NCBI GenBank assembly: GCA_964016885.1
Contig: OZ024753.1
Coordinates: forward strand, 5,022,001 to 5,086,000
Source of the DNA: Eledone cirrhosa
Taxonomy: Eukaryota
Length of the DNA stretch: 64,000 nucleotides
Direction: 5' to 3'
Numbering within the stretch: position 1 is the first letter of the stretch; each line of letters starts with the position of its first letter. A program made the position numbers and the translations under genes. Below the pieces are notes generated by a model. The model was not told the origin of the DNA and ran no database searches. It saw only the letters and a program-made list of their open reading frames with translations. Positions 43,018 through 54,359 of this stretch are shown here, one piece after another.

Positions 43018-43880
43018 GTGTTGAGGTGTGGTGTAGTGTGGTGTGATGTAGTATGGTGTGGTATAGTGGGAAATGTTGAGGTGTGGTGTAGTGTGGTGTG
43101 ATGTAGTATGGTGTGGTATAGTGGGAAGTGTTGAGGTGTGGTGTAGTGTGGTGTGATGTAGTATGGTGTGGTATAGTGGGAAGTGTTGAGGTGTGGTGTA
43201 GTGTGGTGTGATGTAGTATGGTGTGGTATAGTGGGAAGTGTTGAGGTGTGGTGTAGTGTGGTGTGATGTAGTATGGTGTGGTATAGTGGGAAGTGTTGAG
43301 GTGTGGTGTGATGTAGTATGGTGTGGTATAGTGGGAAGTGTTGAGGTGTGGTGTGATGTAGTATGGTGTGGTATAGTGGGAAGTGTTGAGGTGTGGTGTA
43401 GTGTGGTGTGATGTAGTATGGTGTGGTATAGTGGGAAGTGTTGAGGTGTGGTGTAGTGTGGTGTGATGTAGTATGGTGTGGTATAGTGGGAAATGTTGAG
43501 GTGTGGTGTAGTGTGGTGTGATGTAGTATGGTGTGGTATAGTGGGAAGTGTTGAGGTGTGGTGTAGTGTGGTGTGATGTAGTATGGTGTGGTATAGTGGG
43601 AAGTGTTGAGGTGTGGTGTGATGTAGTATGGTGTGGTATAGTGGGAAGTGTTGAGGTGTGGTGTGATGTAGTATGGTGTGGTATAGTGGGAAGTGTTGAG
43701 GTGTGGTGTAGTGTGGTGTGATGTAGTATGGTGTGGTATAGTGGGAAATGTTGAGGTGTGGTGTAGTGTGAAGTGGTATGGTGTGTGTGGTGTGAAGTGT
43801 TGAGGTATGGTGTGATGTGGTGAAGTGTTGAGGACAGGTGTGCTGTGTGTGTGGTATGGTGTGAAGTGGTGTAGTATATG
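43018..43880. repeat. G/T-rich minisatellite, 55-bp and 45-bp units built of 5-mers
   Basis: TTGAG phase marks at 43021, 43076, 43131, 43186, 43241, 43296, 43341, 43386, 43441, 43496, 43551, 43606, 43651, 43696 and 43751. Confidence 0.95.
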
Positions 43881-44202
43881 TTTGTGTGAGTATGTGTGTA
43901 GATCATATCTGTCTCTGTGTTAAAATGTCAGGAGACCAATTGTGATGGTGCCAGGACTGACACGTCAGATCCATTAAAATGTACATTAAAGGAATCGATA
44001 TATTTTGATTTGGTCTCAACTTCATCCCGCTTTCACCTGTAAATATTACAGACACATAAGCAGACATACATGTATGTATATATATATATATATATGTGTG
44101 TGTATTTGTTTGTTCATAGGTATATACTTACATATATATAAATGTCTCTCTCTATATATATATATATGTGAGTGAATACCTATGAACAAACAAACACACG
44201 CT

Positions 44203-44251
<49 letters not shown>

Positions 44252-44330
44252 ATATATATATATACTTGCAAAACGTATGACTTTGTACAGTACAGAGCAG
44301 ATGAAGCTCGGTAAAGAATTAATTGAAAAT

Positions 44331-44618
44331 ATGTATTCAGGAAACCATTTCTGGATACTGTGTTTTGTTTTTTTCTGTCCTGGAAGTAGTTTACCAGAGA
44401 CATTATTTGACAAAGCTTTCACCGCCATCTGGAACGCCCCAAGTACTACGTGTGGTACACGTTATGGAATTACGCTTGATGTTGAGAAATATAACATAGT
44501 TCAAAACAAATATGATAGATTTCAAGGTGACAAGATGGTGCTATTTTACGAAAAACAACTTGGTTTGTATCCCCACATCTTACCTGACGGAACTCTCGTT
44601 CACGGGGGCATACCGCAA
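44331..44618 (+). CDS. HYAL: Hyaluronidase (GH56) coding exon 1: signal peptide + WNAPS...FY...LGLYP...GGIPQ
   Basis: MYSGNHFWILCFVFFCPGSS signal-like segment and the GH56 motifs WNAP and GGIPQ. Donor CAA|GTATGT, phase 0. An alternative in-frame ATG lies at 44301. Confidence 0.92.
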
Positions 44619-44656
44619 GTATGTTAACGCATTTTATATTATTATTTTGAGACGAC

Positions 44657-44805
44657 AAATTGGTTGAAGCATTAGACCAGTCGGATAGAATGTTTTGTGG
44701 TATTCATTCTAGTTCGCTGCGTTTTAAGTTCAAATCCTCTTACTGTCAATTTTGCCTTTCATCCTTTCGAGCTCGATAAAAAATGATCAACTCTGTACTG
44801 ACATC

Positions 44806-44858
<53 letters not shown>

Positions 44859-45320
44859 GGAAGAAATCGGCTGTGTTCGGATTTAAAGAGAAAAGATAGG
44901 CTCTGCCAAACACCCTTTATGTCAGTAAGGGTCCCCAACAATTCATTCAAGAGTTACGTGTCTATACATGCATATATTTTGGCAGTATGGTTAGAGGGTC
45001 AGACACCATGCTTTGACGCATAGAGTTACGGCCCTTTCCATTCTGAGTTCAAATCCCGCCGAGGTCAACTTTGCCTTTCATCCTTACGGGGTCGATAAAA
45101 TAAAGTACCAGCCAAGTTCTGCGCGAAATCCCCCCCCCCCCCTCTAAAATTGTGGCCCTGTGACAATGCCAGGATGAATTATTTTGGCAGAATTAAATCG
45201 TTAGAGAGCCGGACAAAATGCTTTGTCGTATTTAGCTACGGCTCTTTACGTTCTAGGTTCAAATCCCGCCAAGAACAACTTTTCCTTCCATACTTCTGGG
45301 GTCGATAAAAAAGAAGTTCT
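44657..45320 (+). mobile_element. Cluster of three CORE-type tRNA-derived SINE copies
   Basis: GTTCAAATCC B-box followed by TCAACTTTGCCTTTCATCC...GTCGATAAAA at ~44730, ~45050 and ~45260. Confidence 0.75.
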
Positions 45321-45734
45321 TGATAAAAAAGCTACTGTATTAGTCCTCTTAAAATTATGCCCTTAACAATAAACCTTAAAAGTCCAATGAAACAGTCTGC
45401 CACCAGGACACAAAAATGAAATTATAAAGATATTGGGACAAAGGAAAAAAAAGACATTTTAAAAAATGAAATTAAATACAAGAAATATAATTGGTTAGAA
45501 AAATATTTGTTAACAACAGAAACTGAAAAACATCTTAAAACATGACAATACGTCCTAACAACAGAAACTAAAAAACTATCTCTAAAACATAACAGTTATT
45601 TCCTAACAATAGAAAATGAAAAAAAAAATCCATCTTTAAGACTTACTTTAGTCAGCTTCAGAAACTGGAGAAGTCCACATGTTGGTAACATTGAAAACTT
45701 TTGGTGGCCACTGTTTAACATCCTGAACATTTAA

Positions 45735-45941
45735 CCCTTTAGCACTCACATTACTCTACATTTACTAATGTATGTTCATGGTAAAGCCTTATCTCAGATA
45801 ATATCAAATCTATAAAATTTTGATATTATTTATTTTGAGAACAATACCTTAAGATTAGTATGAGTGGCCGGTTACAGCCAGTTTGAACAGAAAGAGGTGA
45901 GAGAATACTGACCGGATACGTCTGGTTGAAATGCTAAAGGG
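45735..45941. mobile_element. Complete piggyBac-type MITE (207 bp)
   Basis: TTAA|CCCTTTAGCA ... TGCTAAAGGG|TTAA: TTAA target duplication and 10-bp TIR. Confidence 0.88.
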
Positions 45942-46688
45942 TTAAATAACGTCAACTTTCCAGTCCATATACTTAGATGTTTTCTTAGTAAGAGAAAAAC
46001 GATAATCAGAAAGAAACTACCAACAGATGACTAATTTAATTAACGTCCTAGCTCTTGTCTGTCAGTTAGCTATAAATTGCTCTCTATAGTATCATTAGTC
46101 AACTGAATGGTTGAACATTTACAAAAGAAAGGAACTTAATTACTACAATGCAGAATCGAGTGTATGGCGCATGGCCGTGTCTTTTGGAATGATAGATACA
46201 TTAACGTACAATATGAAAATATGCACAAACTTGTCTTATGTTTGAATCAGTAGCAGAAAGGATTATTTATTCTAGCGTACATACATGACTAACCCATCAG
46301 AATGTGTGGAAGTGCACGAATTTCATAACATCATGATGAACTTTTATAAAATGACAATGAAGAAGTGGCAGAGTGTTATTATGTTTTTTTAAGATCTCTA
46401 ACAATATTATGACTGTAAGATCCAATCTCGCAAGAATATCTATTGGTATAGTCCAAGGCAAGGTGGCGAATTGGCAGGGTTATAAGGGTGTGGCGAATTG
46501 GCAGAATTATAAGTGGGCGCAAAATTGGCAAAGTTATAAGAGAGTATCCGATTAAAATGCTTAGGAATTTGTTCCAATTTTCTGCACTCTGAGTTCAAAT
46601 CCCGTCGAGAGGCCAAGTTTGCCTTTCATCCTTTCGAGATTGATTTTAATAAACTACCAGTCTACTAAAAGAGTTCTCTCTCTCTCTC

Positions 46689-46744
<56 letters not shown>

Positions 46745-46790
46745 CTTTCTCCCCACCTATTTCTGTACTCAAACACATGAAATACATACG

Positions 46791-46828
<38 letters not shown>

Positions 46829-47082
46829 CACTGCTTTAGCCGGACACCGGGTTAGTAGTGCTATGATCATGATGTTATGCATAAACATAGTGCATGTGTG
46901 TTTACAAATACTTTTATTCGGAATCACACTGTGTTTGTTCTATTGCTAGTTAACACGAGCTGGCCAAACCAAACCAAACTTGTACAATATTTAAATCTAT
47001 GTATGAGTAACTTTGAATGAAACATTAGTTTAAATGTAAGTTACATTTCGACCGTTATTATTCTGTTCTTTCTCCTCTTCAG

Positions 47083-47327
47083 CTGATGAGTATGAAGGAT
47101 CATCTAAATCAAGCAAAAAAAGATGTGGAAAAAACAATTCCTTCCAAGAACTTTAGCGGTCCAGCGGTTATTGACTGGGAAAATTGGCGCCCTTTGTTTG
47201 AAAGAAACTTTGATAGTAAAAGGATTTACCAAAGACTCGCAGCACGCGATGTACAGAAACAGCATCCAGATTGGAATAAAGCACAAATAGAAAATGAGAC
47301 CGAAATTCAATTTGACGATGCTGCAAA
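47083..47327 (+). CDS. HYAL: Hyaluronidase coding exon 2 (catalytic D-W-E)
   Basis: Acceptor TTCAG|CTG; FSGPAVIDWENWRP catalytic motif; donor AA|GTAATG, phase 2. Confidence 0.95.
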
Positions 47328-47795
47328 GTAATGTAGATATATTCTTAGCTATTCTGTATTCATTCTATCTCCTCACAATTATAAACACATTTATTTACAT
47401 TACATTATTTTCGATGTAAACAGTGAATTGACAGAGTCGTTAGAATGTCAGATAGACTACTTGCAGGTATTAGTTCCAGCTCTCTGCTCTCTTAAATCTT
47501 GCTGAGGTCAACTTTGACTTTCATCCATTCGAGGTTGATAAAAAAAAAGTCATGTACTGGGAACGATTCTTCTTCTATATATATCGTTTTTACTTCTATT
47601 CTCTATCATTCACTGGAAGAAATCTGCTGTATTCAAAACTGGAGAGGATTGGGCTCTGACAGGTTTTCAAATGCCCTACAAACACTGTGTGTCAATACGG
47701 CGCACCCACGACTCCCTCGGGAATTACGGAACCATACATACATACATACATGCATACATACATACATATTACATACATACATACATACATACATA

Positions 47796-50235
47796 CAGTC
47801 AACGCGATCAGTCGCATATTTTGGCGTGGATGACTATTTATTAACTTTAAGATGAATACTATCTCCGACAGTAATGCCACAACTACAGTCATGTTGAATA
47901 GCTGGTTTTCTTCTAACTATATCTTCTGGACACACCTTTTATTCGAATTCGTAGAGATATCCGACTAAATACATAATTCATTTTACAAGGATTTGCTACA
48001 AACAGCATGGCTGAACACAACATCAACAACAAAATTAAGGAAGTATCGAAGACAAACAACGAGAAAGGTAAACAAACTTTATTCAGTTGTAGCTACAGAA
48101 GAAACCGAAATTATAAATCGCATTTCTCTTGGAGCTGCGAACTTAATGATGATTTATTTAATTGTTATAACATGGCAAAAAACAATCCCTCCATTGGCTA
48201 TATGAACAGAATGAAGCTACACTGGGACGAAATGCACCTAGAGCTAAATTATTTCACAGCGAAACAATTACGCCAACAAGCGACGATTGTTGAACGTAAG
48301 AATAAGATAAATATTATTAATTGTAAGTCCCCCACAACAAACATGGGGTCAACAACGCGTGCTACAGGTCGCCATGCTACTAGACTGCCAAGCAGCCAGG
48401 TCGAACAGCGCCTTGAAACAACTATGCCTGTAAGAAACTTGACACCACCTGTACCATCTAAGTCTACCTCGAATTCTGGGGAAAACACTATCGATAATAA
48501 TAATAATCGAAGAAATAAAAATAATAATCGAAGAAATTTGACACCACGTGTACCATCCGAGTCTACCTCGACTGTTGTGTAAAATACTATCGATAATGAT
48601 AATAATCAAAAGTATAAACAATTGAAAATTACTCTCAACGAAATCTTCTAGAGAGAAATTAATCCATGTATAAATATCTCTCTTGCTGAACGTATTAAAA
48701 CGACAATGTTTAATAAAAAAAATAAAAAAATAAAAAAATATTGAAATATTACGTGTTATTGACGAAATAGGGGATGAATGTTTACGACGGATAAAATCCC
48801 CAACATTTTGGCAAATCAACGCCTGTTTATATACCTTAGAAACGATAGTGAAACATTATCTTGGTGGTAGCAGAGATATTAACAAAAACAAAACACCACC
48901 AAAAATACCATCATACATAACTAAAATAGAAAAAAAGATTGCTGACCTACGAAAAACCATAGGATATGTGACAATGCTCCTTACATGCAAACAAACACAC
49001 AAAAAAACTCACTCCTCACCAACAAAGAGTGAAAAATAAAATAGAGACGATGTTTGGTAACAGTAGAACCAGAACTCTTCAATATAAGCTGATCACCCAT
49101 GAAAATGATAAGATCGTGAGAGTTGGGAAGGAACTCCTCGAGAGATATTCCCTGTGTGATAATAAAAAAAAGCTTACACCTAGGGAAGTTGCTCAGCACT
49201 ATTGCAGTGAATCCATGGATGGAAAACTGCATGCTTATCAGCAAAAAATCATGCATGGATATATTGCCAGGAAGCTCCAGAGTGAGAGTAATATAGATAA
49301 GGAAAGAAGTCTATCTTGGACCCACAACCGCTATATTGGCTCCAGCTTTGAAGGATACGCTTTTGCAATCCAAGAACAAGAAATTAACACGAAATATCTG
49401 ATTCACAAAAGAGATAGGGATGCAGGCAAAACACCTAGATGTGATAACAAGTGCAGACTCTGCAGAACTAACATCGAAGATATCACCCATGTCATCAGCA
49501 GCTGTCCAAAGATGTCATTGCGGTGCTATCTACCTATGAGGCATGATGTAGTGGCCAAAACACTGTACAATGCAATCCGTAAAAAAGATAGCCCCGATAA
49601 TAAACACATTAAAAGCTACAGCAATGTGGAAAACATCCATGTACAGTAAAAACCCCAATAAAATGCAGGCTTAACAGACCAGATATTATGATATGGTAGA
49701 GGGAGAAGAAAGCATGCACAGTAGTGGAAATTAGCTGCCCAGCAGATGCCAATATAATATCAAAGATTAGCGAAAAGGAGAATATGTATGCAGAACTGAT
49801 GAGAAATCTACAGATACTCCACCCTGATTACACCTTCAGATTTATGCCTGTGATTATTGGGGCACTGGGGTATGTTAGTAACTGCCTCAATACAAATCTT
49901 GAGAAGCTAGGCTTCACAGGAACAGAAAGAACACAACTAGTTAGGAAATTACAAGTACAATCCATTAATGGAACAGTAAAAATATGTAAAACATTCCAAA
50001 GATTTTGCATCTAATAACTGCATATACATGTACAAAGCATATACACATGCACATATACAACTCAAAACATACACATACACACATAAAATAACATCCATAT
50101 CTACACATGCATGCATACATAATCTACCTAGTTGATGTTGTGTAAATTCCAATGAGAGAGACTTGTGTCTATGTTAGAAACCGACTCTCACTCTCTATTT
50201 GGAAAAAAATTGACAAATTATATAACCAGAAGAGC
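47796..50235 (+). mobile_element. R4/Dong-like (RLE-bearing) non-LTR retrotransposon, internally deleted (no RT), in a (TACA)n tract
   Basis: N-terminal ORF 48007-48582. The C-terminal part has CRLC..EDITHVISSC (CCHC knuckle), RHD, RPDI..VEISCP...K..Y and PVIIGALG. No RT motifs lie between them. Flanked by (CATA)n on both sides. Confidence 0.85.
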
Positions 50236-50288
50236 ATACATACATATAAAATTATATATTTAATTCTATGTATTTGGTATAATTTTAG

Positions 50289-50411
50289 GGAATTGATGCT
50301 ATCTACTTTAAAGTTGGGTGAAGAATTACGAAGTAACGGTAGATGGGGATATTATGGTTTTCCAAGAATATACCAAAAAATTCCAGAACGTACGAGAGTT
50401 GCAAACGACAG
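50289..50411 (+). CDS. HYAL: Hyaluronidase coding exon 3
   Basis: Acceptor TTTTAG|G completes the Lys codon; TLKLGEELRSNGRWGYYGFP...ND; donor AG|GTGAGT, phase 2. Confidence 0.92.
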
Positions 50412-50429
50412 GTGAGTATTACCTACTAA

Positions 50430-50990
50430 GGGCGCAGCATGGTTGTAGGGTTAAGGGGTTTGTTAAATGTTTTACAAATGATGAGGTACTGAAACGTGCA
50501 AAGACTCCCCATATTGAAATTATCCTCATAATGAATAGACTCAGATGGGTTGAATTCAGAGTGCAGAAAACCGGGACAAATTCCTAGGCATTTTAATCAG
50601 ATGCTCTCTCATAACTTTGCCAACATAATAACACTCTGCCACTTCTTCATTGTCATTTTATAAAAGTTCATCATGATGTTATGTAATTCGTGCACTTCCA
50701 CGTCCGAATGGATGATTATAGACCTATAAAGAAACTTCTTTTTGGTGAGCTTAAGGATGGTGTTCGACATGTAGGATGCCATCCATCTCTTGAGATATAA
50801 GGACACGATCAAAGATATTTTGAAAAAAGGTAACATTCTTCACAGCTGGAGGCATTATGTCGATGTCAGATCAATATGGCGGAAGCTAATCGATGATGTA
50901 AGCATCGATATCGATAACCAACGGAAGCAGGACAACAAGAAGAAAATGGAGAAACGGCACAATAATAGACCAGATCGACTAATATAATGA
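50430..50990 (+). mobile_element. RTE-clade LINE 3' fragment interrupted by a ~150-bp inverted insert
   Basis: NRLRWV|insert|HVRMDDYRPIKKLLFGEL...RYKDTIK. Confidence 0.75.
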
Positions 50991-51051
50991 ACGGACTTTG
51001 TCATGTTACTAATATAGACATTTTTTTGTATATATATATATATATAGTTAG

Positions 51052-51105
<54 letters not shown>

Positions 51106-51216
51106 CTAACCCGAATGACTGCGTGGATGTTCGGCTGAAACTCATCTTGGGAATTGTTGTTTGCCCATATCGAGACTCAGGCAAGTGTGGTAAATGTTTT
51201 AGGTTTCTTTTTACAG

Positions 51217-51427
51217 ACTTGGTTGGCTATTCTCAGCAAGCACTGCATTATATCCATCGATCTATTTACACTCGAAAATCAAAACTTGGTTGGATAATTT
51301 TCATTTTGTTGTGGATACTTTAAAGGAAGCATTTCGTATATACGAGAAATTTAGTGACAAAAAGAAATCATATGTTGTTCCTTATGTGAGATTTCGACAT
51401 GATCATTTAGAAAGATTTTATACCGAG
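51217..51427 (+). CDS. HYAL: Hyaluronidase coding exon 4 (not called in ORF track)
   Basis: Acceptor TTTTACAG|A; LGWLFSASTALYPSIYL...EAFR...VVPYVR; 211 nt; donor GAG|GTTTGT, phase 0. Confidence 0.92.
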
Positions 51428-51533
51428 GTTTGTATAAAATAGCTTTGTTGTTTTACTTTACATCCACCCCCTTGAAACCCACCTTTATTCTTTGCTTGCT
51501 TTCTTTCTTTCTCTCTCTCACGCACATACACAC

Positions 51534-51710
51534 GTGGATTAGCTGAAAAATTCATAGGCTGACCAAGATACTCTCATGGAATGACCAAATGAGGTTTATT
51601 TTTCAACATAGTCCCTGGAAAGAAGAGTTAAAAATTAATACATGCAAGATTTCACAGTTCCAGTATCACTCCTTCATAGTCAGGCAATACATTTTTCAGC
51701 CTCCCCTCAT
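51534..51710. mobile_element. Tc1/mariner-type MITE
   Basis: Ends GCTGAAAAATTCATAGGCTG / TTTTTCAGCC. An inverted copy lies at 52808-52981. Confidence 0.65.
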
Positions 51711-51717
51711 TTATATG

Positions 51718-51752
<35 letters not shown>

Positions 51753-52254
51753 TGAATTTGTACGTTAGAAGCATCAACATTTGTTACCATGAAAAATAGT
51801 CCAAGCTGGGCATAAAAACCCAGGTGGGAGAAAAAATTGTATATCGCCACTCGTTGGATACAAACCAACATATGCCATATACTATTTTGCTCTGCTAACC
51901 ATTACACTAGAGCACCACTGAAAAGTGTTTCCATTATCGTAAGCTTTATCAATCAGCCAGTATATATGTAAAAAAAAAATCCATTTTTAGAACCGTTGAG
52001 CAATAAGAAGCTCTGAATTTGTAAAGTTCTTTTTAACTATTAAAAATAGAACCTTGAAGATGATAGAAATATGTACAGAACTGCCCATGGGTTGTAGCGG
52101 TGCTGTAAAAATTCCGTCCATCTTCAGGGTTTCACATTTGTTATCATAGGAAACAATAGAGTAGAATGAGGAAGAATTGAATAAAGATTCCTTAATTAAT
52201 ATTCAGATTTTATTAATATATTCTTAATTATATATATTTTTTCTGTTATTCTAG

Positions 52255-52701
52255 CCTGAATTATTGCTTTCCTTAACACTACCAGCTGTAACCGGCAGCG
52301 CTGGTGTACTTCTCTGGGACAGTTCACACAGCTTTAGAGACCGAAGACGTTGCGAAATAATGAAAACGTATCTGACCTTAACACTCGGCCCTTTTATCAA
52401 GAATCTGACCAATACTTTCCAACATTGCAGCGAACAACTGTGTAATAGTAATGGTCGTTGTGTGAAGTCATGGGAAATAATTGGCAATAGTTCGACTTGG
52501 ACAAATGCTAAAAGGGAAGTAAATGCATTTGATCACAACAATACGATGAATAATTTTGAAAAACGGGAGCTTCAAACTCTCCTTCAAATCATGAGCAACG
52601 CTGATGTGTCACACTCATACAAAAGAGAATTTAATGATATGTTTGACTGTAAATGTTATACAGATTGGAAAGGAAAGCATTGCGATTCTTATCGATATTG
52701 A
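52255..52701 (+). CDS. HYAL: Hyaluronidase last coding exon (GSAGVLLW, Hyal-EGF domain, stop)
   Basis: Acceptor TTCTAG|CCT; CSEQLCNSNGRC...CKCYTDWKGKHC (6 Cys); TGA at 52699-52701. Exon total 288+245+123+211+447=1314 nt = 437 aa plus stop. Confidence 0.94.
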   Translation, partial: PELLLSLTLPAVTGSAGVLLWDSSHSFRDRRRCEIMKTYLTLTLGPFIKNLTNTFQHCSEQLCNSNGRCVKSWEIIGNSSTWTNAKREVNAFDHNNTMNNFEKRELQTLLQIMSNADVSHSYKREFNDMFDCKCYTDWKGKHCDSYRY

Positions 52702-52807
52702 ATATACATATATATGTAAATAGCATTCTTTTGTCGTCAATGACAGTAACGGATTATATACACGAAAATTTAACTTGATATAACAGAAAATACACAGACT
52801 TATGTCA

Positions 52808-52981
52808 CACGGGTCGGCTTAAAAGTTCATTGGCTGTGAAATCTTGCAGGCATTAATTTCAACTCTTCTGATTAATAACTGCATTGTTTCCTTCCAAGGA
52901 CGATGTTGAAAAATAAACCTCATTTGGTCATTTCATGAGAGTATCTTGGCCAGCCTATGAACTTTTCAGCTGATCCTCATA
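52808..52981. mobile_element. Tc1/mariner-type MITE in the putative hyaluronidase 3'UTR
   Basis: Largely the reverse complement of 51534-51665; carries AATAAA at ~52912. Confidence 0.65.
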
Positions 52982-53436
52982 GTTGCATAAAAAATATTTT
53001 TGATTGATGAAAATAAAAAAGGAATTTGGCGTTTTAAGTATATACAATTGAACTCAGTTATTGTATTGGTGCTTGTTCAAAATGGAAGCAATCTTAATAT
53101 GCCTTGTATGTGTTCATATCATTGATATTCAAATATGTTTTACTATACCATAGTGTAAATTAGATGTGGCTACATATTTCTGAATTGATATAAAATTATT
53201 TTAAAAATATTTTGGGTTATTTATTAATATTAAGTTTTAAAATATTTTGGGTTATTTATTAATATTAAGTTTCCTTAATAAAGTTATAATAACATTAAAA
53301 GAGTAATATTTTCCTAATAAAATTTTTATTTCTAATTTTGACACAAGGCCCGCAAATTTGGGGAAACGGCAGACTTGATTAATCAATCCAGCATTGAGTA
53401 GTACCAGGTATTGCGTAGTATCATGGTCCCCTCCAT

Positions 53437-53481
<45 letters not shown>

Positions 53482-53486
<5 letters not shown>

Positions 53487-54203
53487 AAATTTCGCTCTAC
53501 ATTGCTGAATACAATAAATGTAATCTAAGTTTTTCGAATATTAATAATAACATTCGATTCGTTTGCAATTATGCAAGCAAGCCTTAATTTTATAGCCATG
53601 TCAGTAGAATGAACACTTCATTCTTGCTCTTGTGTTGGCATGCGAACAGAACTGCACGGCTATAAAATTGAGGCTTGTTTGCATAATTGCAGACACTAAT
53701 GTTTCTGGGTATCACCCTTCATCAGTACAATTCACTGTTCACCTGCCAAACTGTCAGACCTAGTGAAAATATATGCTATTTTCAAAAATACACAGTGACT
53801 GATCGGCCTGATTTGCATGTCAGCTGAGTGGCTGATCAGTCAGATCTGCATATTAGCAGATCCACTGATCAGCCAGATTTGCATTTCTGCAGACTGGCCA
53901 GTCAGTTTCCTGTATACGATCGATAAATGGCCGGCTTTGCCAAATTCAAATAAAAAAGAAAATTTTGCTCTACATGGCTGAATACAATAAATGTAATCTG
54001 AGTTTTTCGAATTTTAATAATAACATTCGATTCGTTTGCAATTATGCAAACAAGCCTCAATTTTATAGCCGTGCAGTTCTGTTCGCATGCCAACACAAGA
54101 GCAAGAATGAAGTGTTCATTCTACCGACATGGCTATAAAATTGAGGTTTGTTTGCATAATTGCAAATGAAACGAATGTTATTATTAATATTCGAAAAACT
54201 CAG

Positions 54204-54207
<4 letters not shown>
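53482..54207. mobile_element. Penelope-like remnant with direct plus inverted terminal repeats, inserted in (TA)n
   Basis: 53482-53598 is a direct repeat of 53953-54070, and 53521-53690 is the reverse complement of 54037-54207. A degenerate hammerhead core (CTGATGA-A-GGGT..ACCC-A-GAAAC) lies on the minus strand at ~53700-53725. Confidence 0.65.
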
Positions 54208-54273
<66 letters not shown>

Positions 54274-54359
54274 TACATACAAGTGTGAGGAATCAAAACA
54301 TAACAAATATGTTAGAATGTTATGCTTCTCAATAAACAAGCTCAATAGACTTTATCCAT

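Noticed and set aside
43004-43906. 300-aa His/Thr-rich ORF resembling a cephalopod His-rich beak or structural protein
   Set aside because: It is the antisense translation of a 55/45-bp minisatellite. The 55-bp unit is not a multiple of 3, so the frame cycles, and there is no signal peptide.
53197-53272. ~35-bp direct tandem duplication
   Set aside because: Ordinary slippage in AT-rich DNA with no further structure.
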